64,000 bases of DNA from an uncultured Nitrososphaerales archaeon. GTDB lineage: Archaea > Thermoproteota > Nitrososphaeria > Nitrososphaerales > Nitrososphaeraceae. Under the pieces are notes generated by a model that was given only the letters and a program-made list of their open reading frames with translations, ran no database searches and was not told the DNA's origin. The stretch covers positions 544,001 through 608,000 of the forward strand of contig CAVOHZ010000010.1 in the NCBI GenBank assembly GCA_963695855.1, given 5' to 3'. Made by a program: the position numbers and the translations under genes. Shown here in pieces: positions 20,540 to 29,679 of this stretch. Numbering within the stretch: position 1 is the stretch's first letter; every line of letters begins with the position of its first letter.

Positions 20540-20923
20540 CTATACCGTCTTTTCTTTTTTTATATCTCGAAAAAATATATAATTTGCAATTTCTTTATGT
20601 TCCTGAATAATTGATGTTCTGAATTTTACTCTAGTAAAACCAGATAATGTGGAAGGGATATGTTTGGTTATTGCTGTAAATTCTATGGTATTTCTATCTC
20701 CTATTTCTTTTCTAAAAATTGAAAGTCTAGCATATGGATGATTAATTTTTTTTCCATTGAGTTCGATGTAATTAAAAATGTCATTTGAATTTTCAATTTG
20801 CGAATTTATTACAACTGTATCAAATCTGCCATCATAATTCAATTCGATCTTTCCATGAATCTCCTCATTTGGATAAATAATCTGCTCAAATATCTGTAGT
20901 TTTATATCACTCTTCTGATCCAT
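20540..20923 (-). CDS. Hypothetical beta-rich protein
   Basis: 127-aa ORF with ATG start and alternating hydrophobic strands. Confidence 0.65.
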   Translation of the reverse strand: MDQKSDIKLQIFEQIIYPNEEIHGKIELNYDGRFDTVVINSQIENSNDIFNYIELNGKKINHPYARLSIFRKEIGDRNTIEFTAITKHIPSTLSGFTRVKFRTSIIQEHKEIANYIFFRDIKKEKTV

Positions 20924-21028
20924 ATAGTGATTCCATAGATCTGATTTTATTAATCTTAATTACTTATGCTTTTATAAAATAATTGATAATCTTTAAATTT
21001 GCAAGTTTCAGATAGTCTGTAATGAATT

Positions 21029-21120
21029 GGGCTCGTAGCTCAGCATGGATAGAGCGCCTGCCTTCTAATTTGTACAAAGAAGATAGCCGGAAGTCGAGGG
21101 ATCGAAGCCCTCCGGGCCCG
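21029..21120 (+). tRNA. tRNA-Arg(TCT) with 17-nt intron at 37/38 (21068-21084)
   Basis: Acceptor GGGCTCG/CGGGCCC, D stem GCTC/GAGC, anticodon TCT at 21064-21066, T stem GAGGG/CCCTC; bulge-helix-bulge with CTTC/GAAG helix and TAA and ATA bulges. Confidence 0.93.
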
Positions 21121-21219
21121 TTAATCATTTTCGAACATCTATTCTTGATTGGTAACAAATATGTATAATTTAGAACGATAATTTGCCTCGGTGTGCAAAA
21201 ACTTTTGATAAATTTAATT

Positions 21220-21420
21220 TTATTTTGGAGTTGATGTTAAAAATTCTCCGATTAACTTTATAACAAATCCTAGAGCTCCTATTACACCCATTCCTAAAAG
21301 AATGAATCGCATGTGAGTAGAATAGTCGTCTTTTGATGTTTTTTTTGCTAGCAATAATGTTTGATACATATCTAAAATTTTACGTTCCAACATTGAAAAA
21401 ATTTGAGTTATACTTAACAA
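21220..21420 (-). CDS. secE: Protein translocase subunit SecE (Sec61 gamma)
   Basis: LLLAKK..KDDY followed by TM LGMGVIGALGFVIKLI. Confidence 0.85.
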   Translation of the reverse strand: MLSITQIFSMLERKILDMYQTLLLAKKTSKDDYSTHMRFILLGMGVIGALGFVIKLIGEFLTSTPK

Positions 21421-21498
21421 TACCTTCCTATCTAAGTTTTAGCTTTATTTGAATTTAACTACTTGTTACTATTTTATAATCGATAAAACCATTTTCAA

Positions 21499-21960
21499 TT
21501 AATGTGATTGCTTTGAATAGTCTGCATCTTTTTCTGTTCTTTGCATTTCTACAAAAGTTTCAGTATTCTGGATCCCGTCAATTTTGCCAATTCTCTCTAT
21601 CACCACATTATGCAGCTCTTCTAATGTACTGGCATTAACATTTACAATCATATCAAACCTGCCTGTCACCTCTGAAAGGGATCTTACTTCTGGAATTTGA
21701 AGTAATTCTTGGTGAATTGGTTCTTTTCTTTTAGGATCACGATTTATTCCAACAGTAGCTTTAATATTTAGACCTAGCATGTTTTCATTTACAATAATCG
21801 TAAATTTCTTGATCAAGCTTCTTTTGGATAAACGTTTAATTCTGCTGTAAAGTACCGAGGAATTGATGTTTAATTTCTTACTAAGCTGCGGTACCGAAAT
21901 ACTTGCATCTTTAGTAAGCTCTGTCAATATTTTCATATCAAGCTCGTCAAACCGTTGCAA
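21499..21960 (-). CDS. Lrp/AsnC family transcriptional regulator
   Basis: DELDMKILTEL..DA HTH, RIKRL, EVTGRFD RAM domain. Confidence 0.92.
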   Translation of the reverse strand: MQRFDELDMKILTELTKDASISVPQLSKKLNINSSVLYSRIKRLSKRSLIKKFTIIVNENMLGLNIKATVGINRDPKRKEPIHQELLQIPEVRSLSEVTGRFDMIVNVNASTLEELHNVVIERIGKIDGIQNTETFVEMQRTEKDADYSKQSH

Positions 21961-22329
21961 ATTGCATCCGCAATACGTTACAAATCTACATTAATAAATG
22001 TAATTATATTTTTAGCAATTATTTATAATTTTTTTATATATTTTTTTGTTTTTTCAAATGTGTAATTAATAAAATGAAATAATTGATATTTTTTCTATTA
22101 AGTTTATGGTACAGTAAATAATGCTATAATAATTAAAGATAATATAATATTGTCCCGCTAACTCACCATCCTTATTAGATCTATTGCGTAATTAGACACA
22201 GATCAGCATATTCGAAGAATTGAAACAATTTTTGAAAATTTATGAATTTAGTAGTTTTATCTTCTTTATTCTTTGGTTTAGTCATGTAATATTTTACATG
22301 GTTACTAATTACTCATAGATATATTATCT

Positions 22330-22930
22330 CTTGTTGTGCGATTATAAATGTAAACAAAAAATAGTATCCAGTTATGTATATCTAATAAATCGCGATCTTC
22401 TTATTCCAATTATCTGCTTTTCACACATGGATAATATTCATCAAAATTTTCTATTCTATCTTTGAAACATTGATCGACCTTTTCCATCATACTTTTCTCA
22501 ATGAATACAAATAGTGTTTCATTCCAATTATCCTTCATGCTTCATAACATCATGTACCCCCACTCAGTATATTCGCTACGTCTACTATACTTTGATTCAA
22601 GAGATCGAACAAAATGCTCCGACCAACATGTTTTGCTGTCCAGAGATGTGGCTTCCAAACACAGAACTATAAACTCGTCTTAGACAGAACCATAACCAGA
22701 AATATTCACCACACATCTGAATGACAGCTTCAACTGCAATGAAGGTTGTTATTCTTCCTTTCTTTTATGTCTACTTGACGCAACCTTGATATCCAATTTC
22801 ACAGAGAAGTATCTTCTTTGTTTATCATAGGATTAATGCTTTAGACGTATACCTAAACTTAAACCAAGAAAATATAGATATATTACATTATAATAATAGT
22901 GAATGTTCTACTTCTTTCAAATCTAATTTT
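22330..22930 (-). mobile_element. Decayed IS6-family (DDE) transposase pseudogene
   Basis: Minus strand fragments FERSRTFTIIIM, YFLGLS, FWLWFC, FVRSLESKY, EKSMMEKVDQCFKDRIE, FDEYYPC, HNWI with many stops and frameshifts. Confidence 0.75.
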
Positions 22931-23026
22931 CTTGTTATACATAAATAGAACGTTGTTAGATATTGCTTTTACTGCTTAAATAAAAATCAGTAAATAATAT
23001 ATAATTTAATTCTTAACTTCCAACAA

Positions 23027-23530
23027 ATGTTTGGAATGGGGAGGATTAAACCTGGTGATTATGTTTTTACAGTTAGAAAAGAAACCGATTCTAATATAAT
23101 AATTATTGGAAGAGTTCAATCTGCAAGTAAAAAAATCTTAAGTGTCATAGGATCTTCTATAAAACCAAGTGGACTTCTAAAACGCAAATTACAAGGGAAA
23201 ATAGGGAAACGATCGAATGAGGTTCTAAACGATCCTGACCCTAATAATTGTATTTTTATTTTAATAGACAGAATTGAATCAGAGAATTTTTCTGGTCAAG
23301 TAAATCAAGAAACTGATAAGGTAACATGGATAAATGAGAGCCGATATTTTATTTTGGATGGTTGGATTAAGGAAAACTTGTCAGACATGTTTGCCAATGT
23401 AATCCACTCGTACTCTGAGGAAGAACGCGATCATTCCAGATCAGTGCTGATAGAAAAAATGAATTCGCTATACGATAAAGATTTAAAGGATCATGTATAT
23501 GCCGTTGTGAGAAGCGCTAGGATTTTATAA
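23027..23530 (+). CDS. Hypothetical protein (167 aa)
   Basis: Long ORF with normal codon pattern, no recognised motif. Confidence 0.75.
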   Translation: MFGMGRIKPGDYVFTVRKETDSNIIIIGRVQSASKKILSVIGSSIKPSGLLKRKLQGKIGKRSNEVLNDPDPNNCIFILIDRIESENFSGQVNQETDKVTWINESRYFILDGWIKENLSDMFANVIHSYSEEERDHSRSVLIEKMNSLYDKDLKDHVYAVVRSARIL

Positions 23531-23579
23531 TAATTTGAAAGTTTTATATTATGGTTAATCGATTATCCGATTTTGATAA

Positions 23580-23888
23580 TTGATGGAATACGTTTATGCG
23601 GCATTGTTATTACATAAATTGAAGCAGGACCTTACTGAAGATAATATTACTAATGTAATTAAGGCTACAGGTACTAATCCTGATTCAGTTAGGATAAAGG
23701 CACTCGTTGCAGCATTAAGTGATGTAAATATCGAAGAAGCATTAAAGGCAGCTCCAATGGCTGTTGCGCCAGTTGCAACATCTGGTGGACCTGCTCCAGA
23801 GGCAAAAACTGACGTCCACGAAGAAGAAAAGAAAGAAGAAAAGAAAGAAGAAGAAGCTCTAGAAGGATTATCTTCGTTATTCGGATAA
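23580..23888 (+). CDS. rpl12: 50S ribosomal stalk protein P1/L12
   Basis: MEYVYAALLLH N-terminus, Ala/Glu hinge, EGLSSLFG C-terminus. Confidence 0.97.
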   Translation: MMEYVYAALLLHKLKQDLTEDNITNVIKATGTNPDSVRIKALVAALSDVNIEEALKAAPMAVAPVATSGGPAPEAKTDVHEEEKKEEKKEEEALEGLSSLFG

Positions 23889-23966
23889 TCTGTCTTATTG
23901 CCAATTTAAATTCAATTTTTCAATTGCCGAAAGTTCAAATACGGATTATTTCAGAATCTTTTTGCA

Positions 23967-24104
23967 ATGGTAACTAATAGATGTAAATGTGGAAGATTAT
24001 TAAAAACATATGGATATTGTACTCCATTTGGTTGTAAAGAACAATTTCTGTGCGAGCTTTGTTCTCTCGAAGAACATGATTGTAAATGCGATGTGCTGAA
24101 TTAG
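23967..24104 (+). CDS. 45-aa Cys-rich metal-binding micro-protein (not in ORF track)
   Basis: ATG..TAG frame MVTNRCKCGRLLKTYGYCTPFGCKEQFLCELCSLEEHDCKCDVLN; 8 Cys + 1 His. Confidence 0.65.
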   Translation: MVTNRCKCGRLLKTYGYCTPFGCKEQFLCELCSLEEHDCKCDVLN

Positions 24105-24176
24105 AAGTTTTGTTTTATCAATTTTATTTATAAAGTTTTATTTATGAGGAAAAAATTAATAGGTCGTGGTTCTTTG

Positions 24177-25208
24177 TTAATGAATCTCAACATTTTGTGG
24201 TAAAATAAATTGTATTAAAATGCTCATTATATATAAAAAGAGTAACATAAATCCAAATTTTAAACCGATTTGTCTACGGAACATAGGTATGACTGCAATT
24301 ATGGTCACAAATGTAGCTAATATTATCTGATAGAACAATATTTCAGTGATCTCTATCTTCTCGTAGAATCCAAACTGAAACATCGCTGCAAAAACGGCTA
24401 CCGCTAATAGCAAGCTATTGTTTAGAATCTTAGAACCCAATACATTGGCAATAGCTATAGATGCACCAGCAGCTCCTTTTCTAGCAAGAATCATCATAGA
24501 TATTTTTTCAGGCATTTCTCCTGCTATAGGACTAAGGATGACGGCCAATACTATCGCAGAAATACCTACATCGACTGAGAATCCTTGCATTGAACGGATA
24601 AAAGGTTCTGCTCCAATGACTATTCCCAGTGCACCCGCAAGAAAAACTCCTATGGCAATAACCATTTTCTTATTATCTTTTGCTGGGTTATTTTTGTTTA
24701 CAATTTCTTTAGAATTATCTTTCAAAGCCTTCTCTTTCATTTCCAATTTCATTTCATATAATGCTATGAATATATAAGCGATAAATATCCCGATAAAGAT
24801 TATTCCGTCAACATAATCATAACCATCTAAAAATAGAATTAGACTTATAACTGCACTAGCGAGTAAGAATATTTTGTCGTTTTTAAAAGTACTCACATCT
24901 ATCATCTTTAATGGGGCTTTTGATAATCGAGTAGTAGAAATAATGAGCATTATTGCTAATCCAAGAGTCATCATCATAATATTGCTTCCTAATCCAGACC
25001 CAATTGCTATTCCATAAGCACCACTCGCTGCAGCATAAATCACTATTGCAATTTCAGGTAAAGTTGTAGCTATACTCAGGAGGACCCTTCCAACAAATTT
25101 CGCTCCATATCTTTCTGATAAATGTTCGGCTCCATATGATAGCAACCAACTAGAAAAAGTTAATTCGCCGAGCCAAATTATCATTCCCAGAAGATTATTT
25201 TCAGCCAA
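24177..25208 (-). CDS. Sodium:calcium antiporter (CaCA family)
   Basis: Alpha repeats SIATTLPE..GSN and PIAGEMPE..NVLGS; about 10 TM segments. Confidence 0.88.
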   Translation of the reverse strand: MAENNLLGMIIWLGELTFSSWLLSYGAEHLSERYGAKFVGRVLLSIATTLPEIAIVIYAAASGAYGIAIGSGLGSNIMMMTLGLAIMLIISTTRLSKAPLKMIDVSTFKNDKIFLLASAVISLILFLDGYDYVDGIIFIGIFIAYIFIALYEMKLEMKEKALKDNSKEIVNKNNPAKDNKKMVIAIGVFLAGALGIVIGAEPFIRSMQGFSVDVGISAIVLAVILSPIAGEMPEKISMMILARKGAAGASIAIANVLGSKILNNSLLLAVAVFAAMFQFGFYEKIEITEILFYQIILATFVTIIAVIPMFRRQIGLKFGFMLLFLYIMSILIQFILPQNVEIH

Positions 25209-25295
25209 TTTTCAACACAAAAAATCTATACTTTTCCGAATATGCAAACTAGTTGTCCTCTTACTATCAATCCTTAACCGGATCAAAATTTTAAT

Positions 25296-25481
25296 CTATT
25301 TGAAAAGTGAAATATTTAGTATCAAATAATTCATAGTTTCTAACTTTATTCCCAATTCATCTGCGACTAGTATGAATTTTGCTGGATGTGGACTAGTTAA
25401 AATAACCATGAAAACTGGAACTGAAGCACAAGTAATTATGGTCAGTATTATCAACCATAGAGCAGTCATTTTTTCAACCAT
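25296..25481 (-). CDS. Possible small membrane protein
   Basis: 61-aa ORF with one hydrophobic helix; TATA-like word about 25-30 nt upstream on the minus strand. Confidence 0.35.
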   Translation of the reverse strand: MVEKMTALWLIILTIITCASVPVFMVILTSPHPAKFILVADELGIKLETMNYLILNISLFK

Positions 25482-25649
25482 TTATACAAAGTGAATTCAC
25501 TTGTAGGTATATAAATTTTATACAATATTTCATATTCTAAATGGACCAAGAATAAATCATTGATCTAGAATTCGATGAAAAAATCGATCACGCGGATATT
25601 TTCCTAAAGGATTTTAAGTAACTACTTATCCAATCTTTGTGTATTTAAG

Positions 25650-26306
25650 ATGACAAGCGAGGTTGAGCTTAAAGAGCTCTTAAATAATGCTCGAAAGAAA
25701 TATCAAAAACACAATTTTGATCAATCTGTGGATTTAACTATTATATTAAAAGATATTGATGTTAAAAAAGGATTTAGTTTCAATGAAGTTGTTCACTTAC
25801 CCAACAGACCTAGTAAACAAGCAACGGTATGCGTAGTTGCATCCGGTGAGATGGGTTCAAGAGCAAAAAAAGTAGCTGCTGAAAAAATAATTGAGCAGGG
25901 AGAATTAGATAGGCTGGGCACCAATAAGAAAGAGGCAAAAAAAGTTGCAAAAAAATATGATTTCTTTTTATCGGATACTGCACTAATGTCTACTGTAGGT
26001 AGGTCCCTAGGACAATATCTTGGGCCTAAAGGTAAAATGCCAACACCTATGCCATATGGGGCCCCTATTGAAAATATATTGGATCGGTTTAGAAGTTCGG
26101 TAAGAGTCAGAGTGAGAAATCAACTTAATGTATCTGCAAAGATAGGTGATGAAAAAATGGACGACAAACAACTACTTGAAAATGCTAATGCAATACTCTC
26201 TCTTGTTGAAAAAAAATTACCACAAGGTGACAAAAACATTCGTAATATGTTGATAAAGTTTACCATGAGCAAGCCAGCGGATTTGTTATCTTCACAAAAG
26301 AGTTGA
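25650..26306 (+). CDS. rpl1: 50S ribosomal protein L1
   Basis: NFDQSVDL, LGPKGKMP, KFTM. Confidence 0.96.
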   Translation: MTSEVELKELLNNARKKYQKHNFDQSVDLTIILKDIDVKKGFSFNEVVHLPNRPSKQATVCVVASGEMGSRAKKVAAEKIIEQGELDRLGTNKKEAKKVAKKYDFFLSDTALMSTVGRSLGQYLGPKGKMPTPMPYGAPIENILDRFRSSVRVRVRNQLNVSAKIGDEKMDDKQLLENANAILSLVEKKLPQGDKNIRNMLIKFTMSKPADLLSSQKS

Positions 26307-26321
26307 GTGTGATACACTAAT

Positions 26322-27200
26322 ATGTCAAATAAAACAAATAAAAAATATCCAGAAAAAAAACAATTTTTGTATGAATATTTGCAAGAGCTTCCTACCAAAT
26401 ATGAGGTAGTTGCACTATCAAGAATGACGAATGTTCGTGCTAGTCAATTAATGCCCATAAGAAAAAAATTTCATGATCAAATACAAATAAAGATTATAAA
26501 AAATAGGGTAGCTCAAAAGGCTTTTGAAAAATTGTCTAATATAAAAGGAATTCAAGATTTAAGTAAACAGCTTGAAGGTCAATGCGCTTTGATGTTTACC
26601 AATATAAGTCCTTTCAAATTAAATCTCATCTTCGATCAAAATAAGGTATTCCTACCGGCAAAGGGAGGAGACATAGCATCCAATGAAATAATAATTCCAG
26701 CAGGAAATACAGGTATCCCTCCAGGTCCAGTATTATCTGAATTTAAGGAAGCAAATATACCAACAAAGATAGACCAAGGCAGTATAGCAGTTACAAAGGA
26801 TACAATAGCTGTTAAAACGGGTGGGGTTATATCACAAAAATTAGCTTCATTATTAACCAAACTCAATATCAAACCAATCGAGGCAGGTATAGCAGTGAAT
26901 TATGCCATTTCAGAAGGACTACAGTTTAGAGAATCTGAACTTAAACTAAATATCAATGAGTATGTTGAAGATCTTAAACAGTCATTCTCTTCCGCTCTAA
27001 ATCTTGCAATAAAATCAGCCTATATAACCAGTGAGACAATCAATTCAATATTATCTTTGGCACAACAACAATCTATGAATTTGGCTTCAGAATCTGGTTA
27101 CATTACTAAAGAAAATGTAGAACTGGTAATGCTCAAAGCCCAAACAAAGGCTTTTAGTCTATTAAACGAATTAAAATCACATGGATATAATACACAATAA
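26322..27200 (+). CDS. rpl10: 50S ribosomal protein L10 (P0)
   Basis: IKNRVA, FTNISPF, PAKGG, GNTGIPPGP; follows rpl1. Confidence 0.95.
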   Translation: MSNKTNKKYPEKKQFLYEYLQELPTKYEVVALSRMTNVRASQLMPIRKKFHDQIQIKIIKNRVAQKAFEKLSNIKGIQDLSKQLEGQCALMFTNISPFKLNLIFDQNKVFLPAKGGDIASNEIIIPAGNTGIPPGPVLSEFKEANIPTKIDQGSIAVTKDTIAVKTGGVISQKLASLLTKLNIKPIEAGIAVNYAISEGLQFRESELKLNINEYVEDLKQSFSSALNLAIKSAYITSETINSILSLAQQQSMNLASESGYITKENVELVMLKAQTKAFSLLNELKSHGYNTQ

Positions 27201-27304
27201 AAAATTTCTATATTCAAATTTTGATTTATTACACAAGTTAGCTGTTAAAATATCGTTTACGAACACAATAAATAAAGGAAAGAAATTCTTTTTATTATTG
27301 AATA

Positions 27305-28942
27305 ATGACAATTGAACTAAAAGTACATCCATCATTCTTTAAGGAGTTTGCAACGAAGACTTGGATATCTCCAAGCGAAATTATTAAGGAATTAATAGAA
27401 AATTCCTTTGATGAAGATGCAACTAAAGTGCTGATTACTCTTTTTAAGAATGGGTCCATATGTATTGAAGATGATGCTGGAATGAGTGAAGATGGAATGG
27501 AAAAATTTCTTCTTCTTGGGTCTCCACATAAAAAAATAGAATCTATTTCTCCAAACTTCAAAAGAATAAGAACTGGGAGGTACGGCACTGGTCGACTGTC
27601 TTTTTTGACATCCTTTGAAAAAATGAAACTCAAGACCAGGAAGGGAAATTATAATAAGTCTATAATTATCGATGAAAGTTCTCTAAACAATTTATTTACA
27701 GGAAATTCTGTTTTGAATGAAATAAAGGAAAAACATCTATCAAGAAATGGCACAGAGTTATCTCTCTATAACGTAAAAATGTCTATAGATCCTATAAAAT
27801 TAGCAAAAGAAATTCGTAAATTGGCAATTTTAAGACAACCAATGTTTCAAGTGTTTATAAAACAAACTGATGATTTTAATGAATGGGATTTCGACAATGG
27901 AGAACCAGTTAGAGCACAAGAAATTCAAGGATATAGGATCCCAATTAGTCTTGACGAAGGACAGATCATTGGTGAAATTATAGTTGCAAGGAGACCGCTA
28001 ACAGAGGAGGAAAAAGGCATTGGAATAATGATTGGCAATCATATCGTAGTTAGAAGTAATTTTGGCTTAGAAGCAAAATTAAATAGAATAACCGGTTTAG
28101 TAAGATGTGATAATCTGACTTCTAGATTTGCCGATAAATCTGCTATAATCGAAGATGATTACTATGATAAATTTTACAAGATAGTTAAGCAATTTATCGT
28201 CGATGAAGTAATTCCTAAACTTGCAGAGTATGAAGACGTGTTAATCACAAAAGAGGAGTCTCGTATATATAAAGAGATTGATAAAGTTCTGGGTCAAGCG
28301 GTAGTTGAAAATCTTGAATCCGTTGAGGTCGAGGATTATGATACCATTACTACAGCCAATACACAAAGAATTGACGTTAAATCATCATTAACGTCGAAGG
28401 GTTATGATGACAGAAAATCTTCAAGCATTGTTGATACATCTAAACTAGATCCTTCCATTTCATTTGGGACAACAACAACGTCTCGACCAAATCAAAACAC
28501 CAATAAAGTGAGTATACTTGAACATCAGACGACCCATGATATTTCCTATTCAGATGATGGATATCAAGGTAGAAGTGACACGATTTTTTCACCTTTGCCT
28601 GAATTTGCTGTTAATAACTCATTCAATATAAAAAAGATTAAAACTCTAAAACGAACTTTCGCGTTAAAAAAAATAGGGTACAAAGTCATTCCTTACGAGG
28701 ATGGATCTGATTCTAGGGATGGTTTTACAAATGAATCAATAGTTTTTATAAACAAGGCTAATTCAGCTTATAGAGCTGAATCTGAACGTGGAGATGAATT
28801 TTTATTAAGACACATAATTAGAATTGTTGCAGAAGCAATTGCTGAAGAAAAACATCCTGAGGGAAAAGATGCACTTGAATTGCAAAATAGATTAATAGCC
28901 GAGGCTATAAAGATTCATAATTTGAGTAGTAGAAAAAAATGA
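27305..28942 (+). CDS. GHKL (MORC/Hsp90/MutL-like) ATPase with S/T-rich linker and small C-terminal domain
   Basis: KELIENSFD (N box), EDDAGMS (G1), GRYGTGRLS (G2), NGTEL. Confidence 0.85.
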   Translation: MTIELKVHPSFFKEFATKTWISPSEIIKELIENSFDEDATKVLITLFKNGSICIEDDAGMSEDGMEKFLLLGSPHKKIESISPNFKRIRTGRYGTGRLSFLTSFEKMKLKTRKGNYNKSIIIDESSLNNLFTGNSVLNEIKEKHLSRNGTELSLYNVKMSIDPIKLAKEIRKLAILRQPMFQVFIKQTDDFNEWDFDNGEPVRAQEIQGYRIPISLDEGQIIGEIIVARRPLTEEEKGIGIMIGNHIVVRSNFGLEAKLNRITGLVRCDNLTSRFADKSAIIEDDYYDKFYKIVKQFIVDEVIPKLAEYEDVLITKEESRIYKEIDKVLGQAVVENLESVEVEDYDTITTANTQRIDVKSSLTSKGYDDRKSSSIVDTSKLDPSISFGTTTTSRPNQNTNKVSILEHQTTHDISYSDDGYQGRSDTIFSPLPEFAVNNSFNIKKIKTLKRTFALKKIGYKVIPYEDGSDSRDGFTNESIVFINKANSAYRAESERGDEFLLRHIIRIVAEAIAEEKHPEGKDALELQNRLIAEAIKIHNLSSRKK

Positions 28943-28999
28943 AATCCTTATTTAACTAATAGAAAAGACTAAATCTGGCTAATATTTGATATACCAACA

Positions 29000-29596
29000 A
29001 TGGCTTATCAATACTTTCCTGGTGCAACAGCAATTGGTATAACCTACAATAATGGTGTATTACTAGCATCTGAAAGACGTATATCCTTTGGAAATTTTAT
29101 AGTAAATAAAAATACCAAAAAAACATTCATTATTACTGATAAAGTTGGTGCTGCATGTGCTGGGATGGTTGCTGATATGAACGTACTATCAAGGCAAGTA
29201 AGCGCTTTGGCAAAAATCCGTAAACTAGAGATACGAAGAGACCTCCCTACTAATTCCGTAGCAAAATTAATGTCTGTAATAATGTTTGAAAGACGATATT
29301 TTCCTCTGTTGACTCAAGTGATAGTGGGTGGATTTGATACAAAGGCTAAGATTTATACTTTAGATCCTTTGGGGTCTTTGTTGCCTGATGATTATGCTGC
29401 CGTAGGTACTGGATCTGAACTGGCACTTGGTATTTTAGATGCTGACTACAAACCCAAACTAAGTGAGGACGAAGCTGTAAAACTTGCTATTAAATCTATT
29501 CGCTCATCGGTTCAACGAGACGCTTCAAGCGGGGATGGCATAGATATTTTAACTATTGGCGATCAAGGAAGTAACGAAGAGTCACATACGATTTAA
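29000..29596 (+). CDS. psmB: Proteasome beta subunit (Ala at the catalytic Thr1 position)
   Basis: PGATAIGI, AGMVAD, LDPLGS, AVGTGS, RDASSGDG. Confidence 0.93.
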   Translation: MAYQYFPGATAIGITYNNGVLLASERRISFGNFIVNKNTKKTFIITDKVGAACAGMVADMNVLSRQVSALAKIRKLEIRRDLPTNSVAKLMSVIMFERRYFPLLTQVIVGGFDTKAKIYTLDPLGSLLPDDYAAVGTGSELALGILDADYKPKLSEDEAVKLAIKSIRSSVQRDASSGDGIDILTIGDQGSNEESHTI

Positions 29597-29679
29597 GTAA
29601 TAGAATATTATGAAAAATTCTTTTCATTTTGTAGACATATTTTAATATAATTAATTCTTGTATCAAAAAGTGTTAGATA

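Noticed and set aside
20964-21158. 64-aa ORF
   Set aside because: Antisense to the tRNA-Arg gene
22501-22683. 60-aa plus-strand ORF
   Set aside because: Antisense to the IS6 relic
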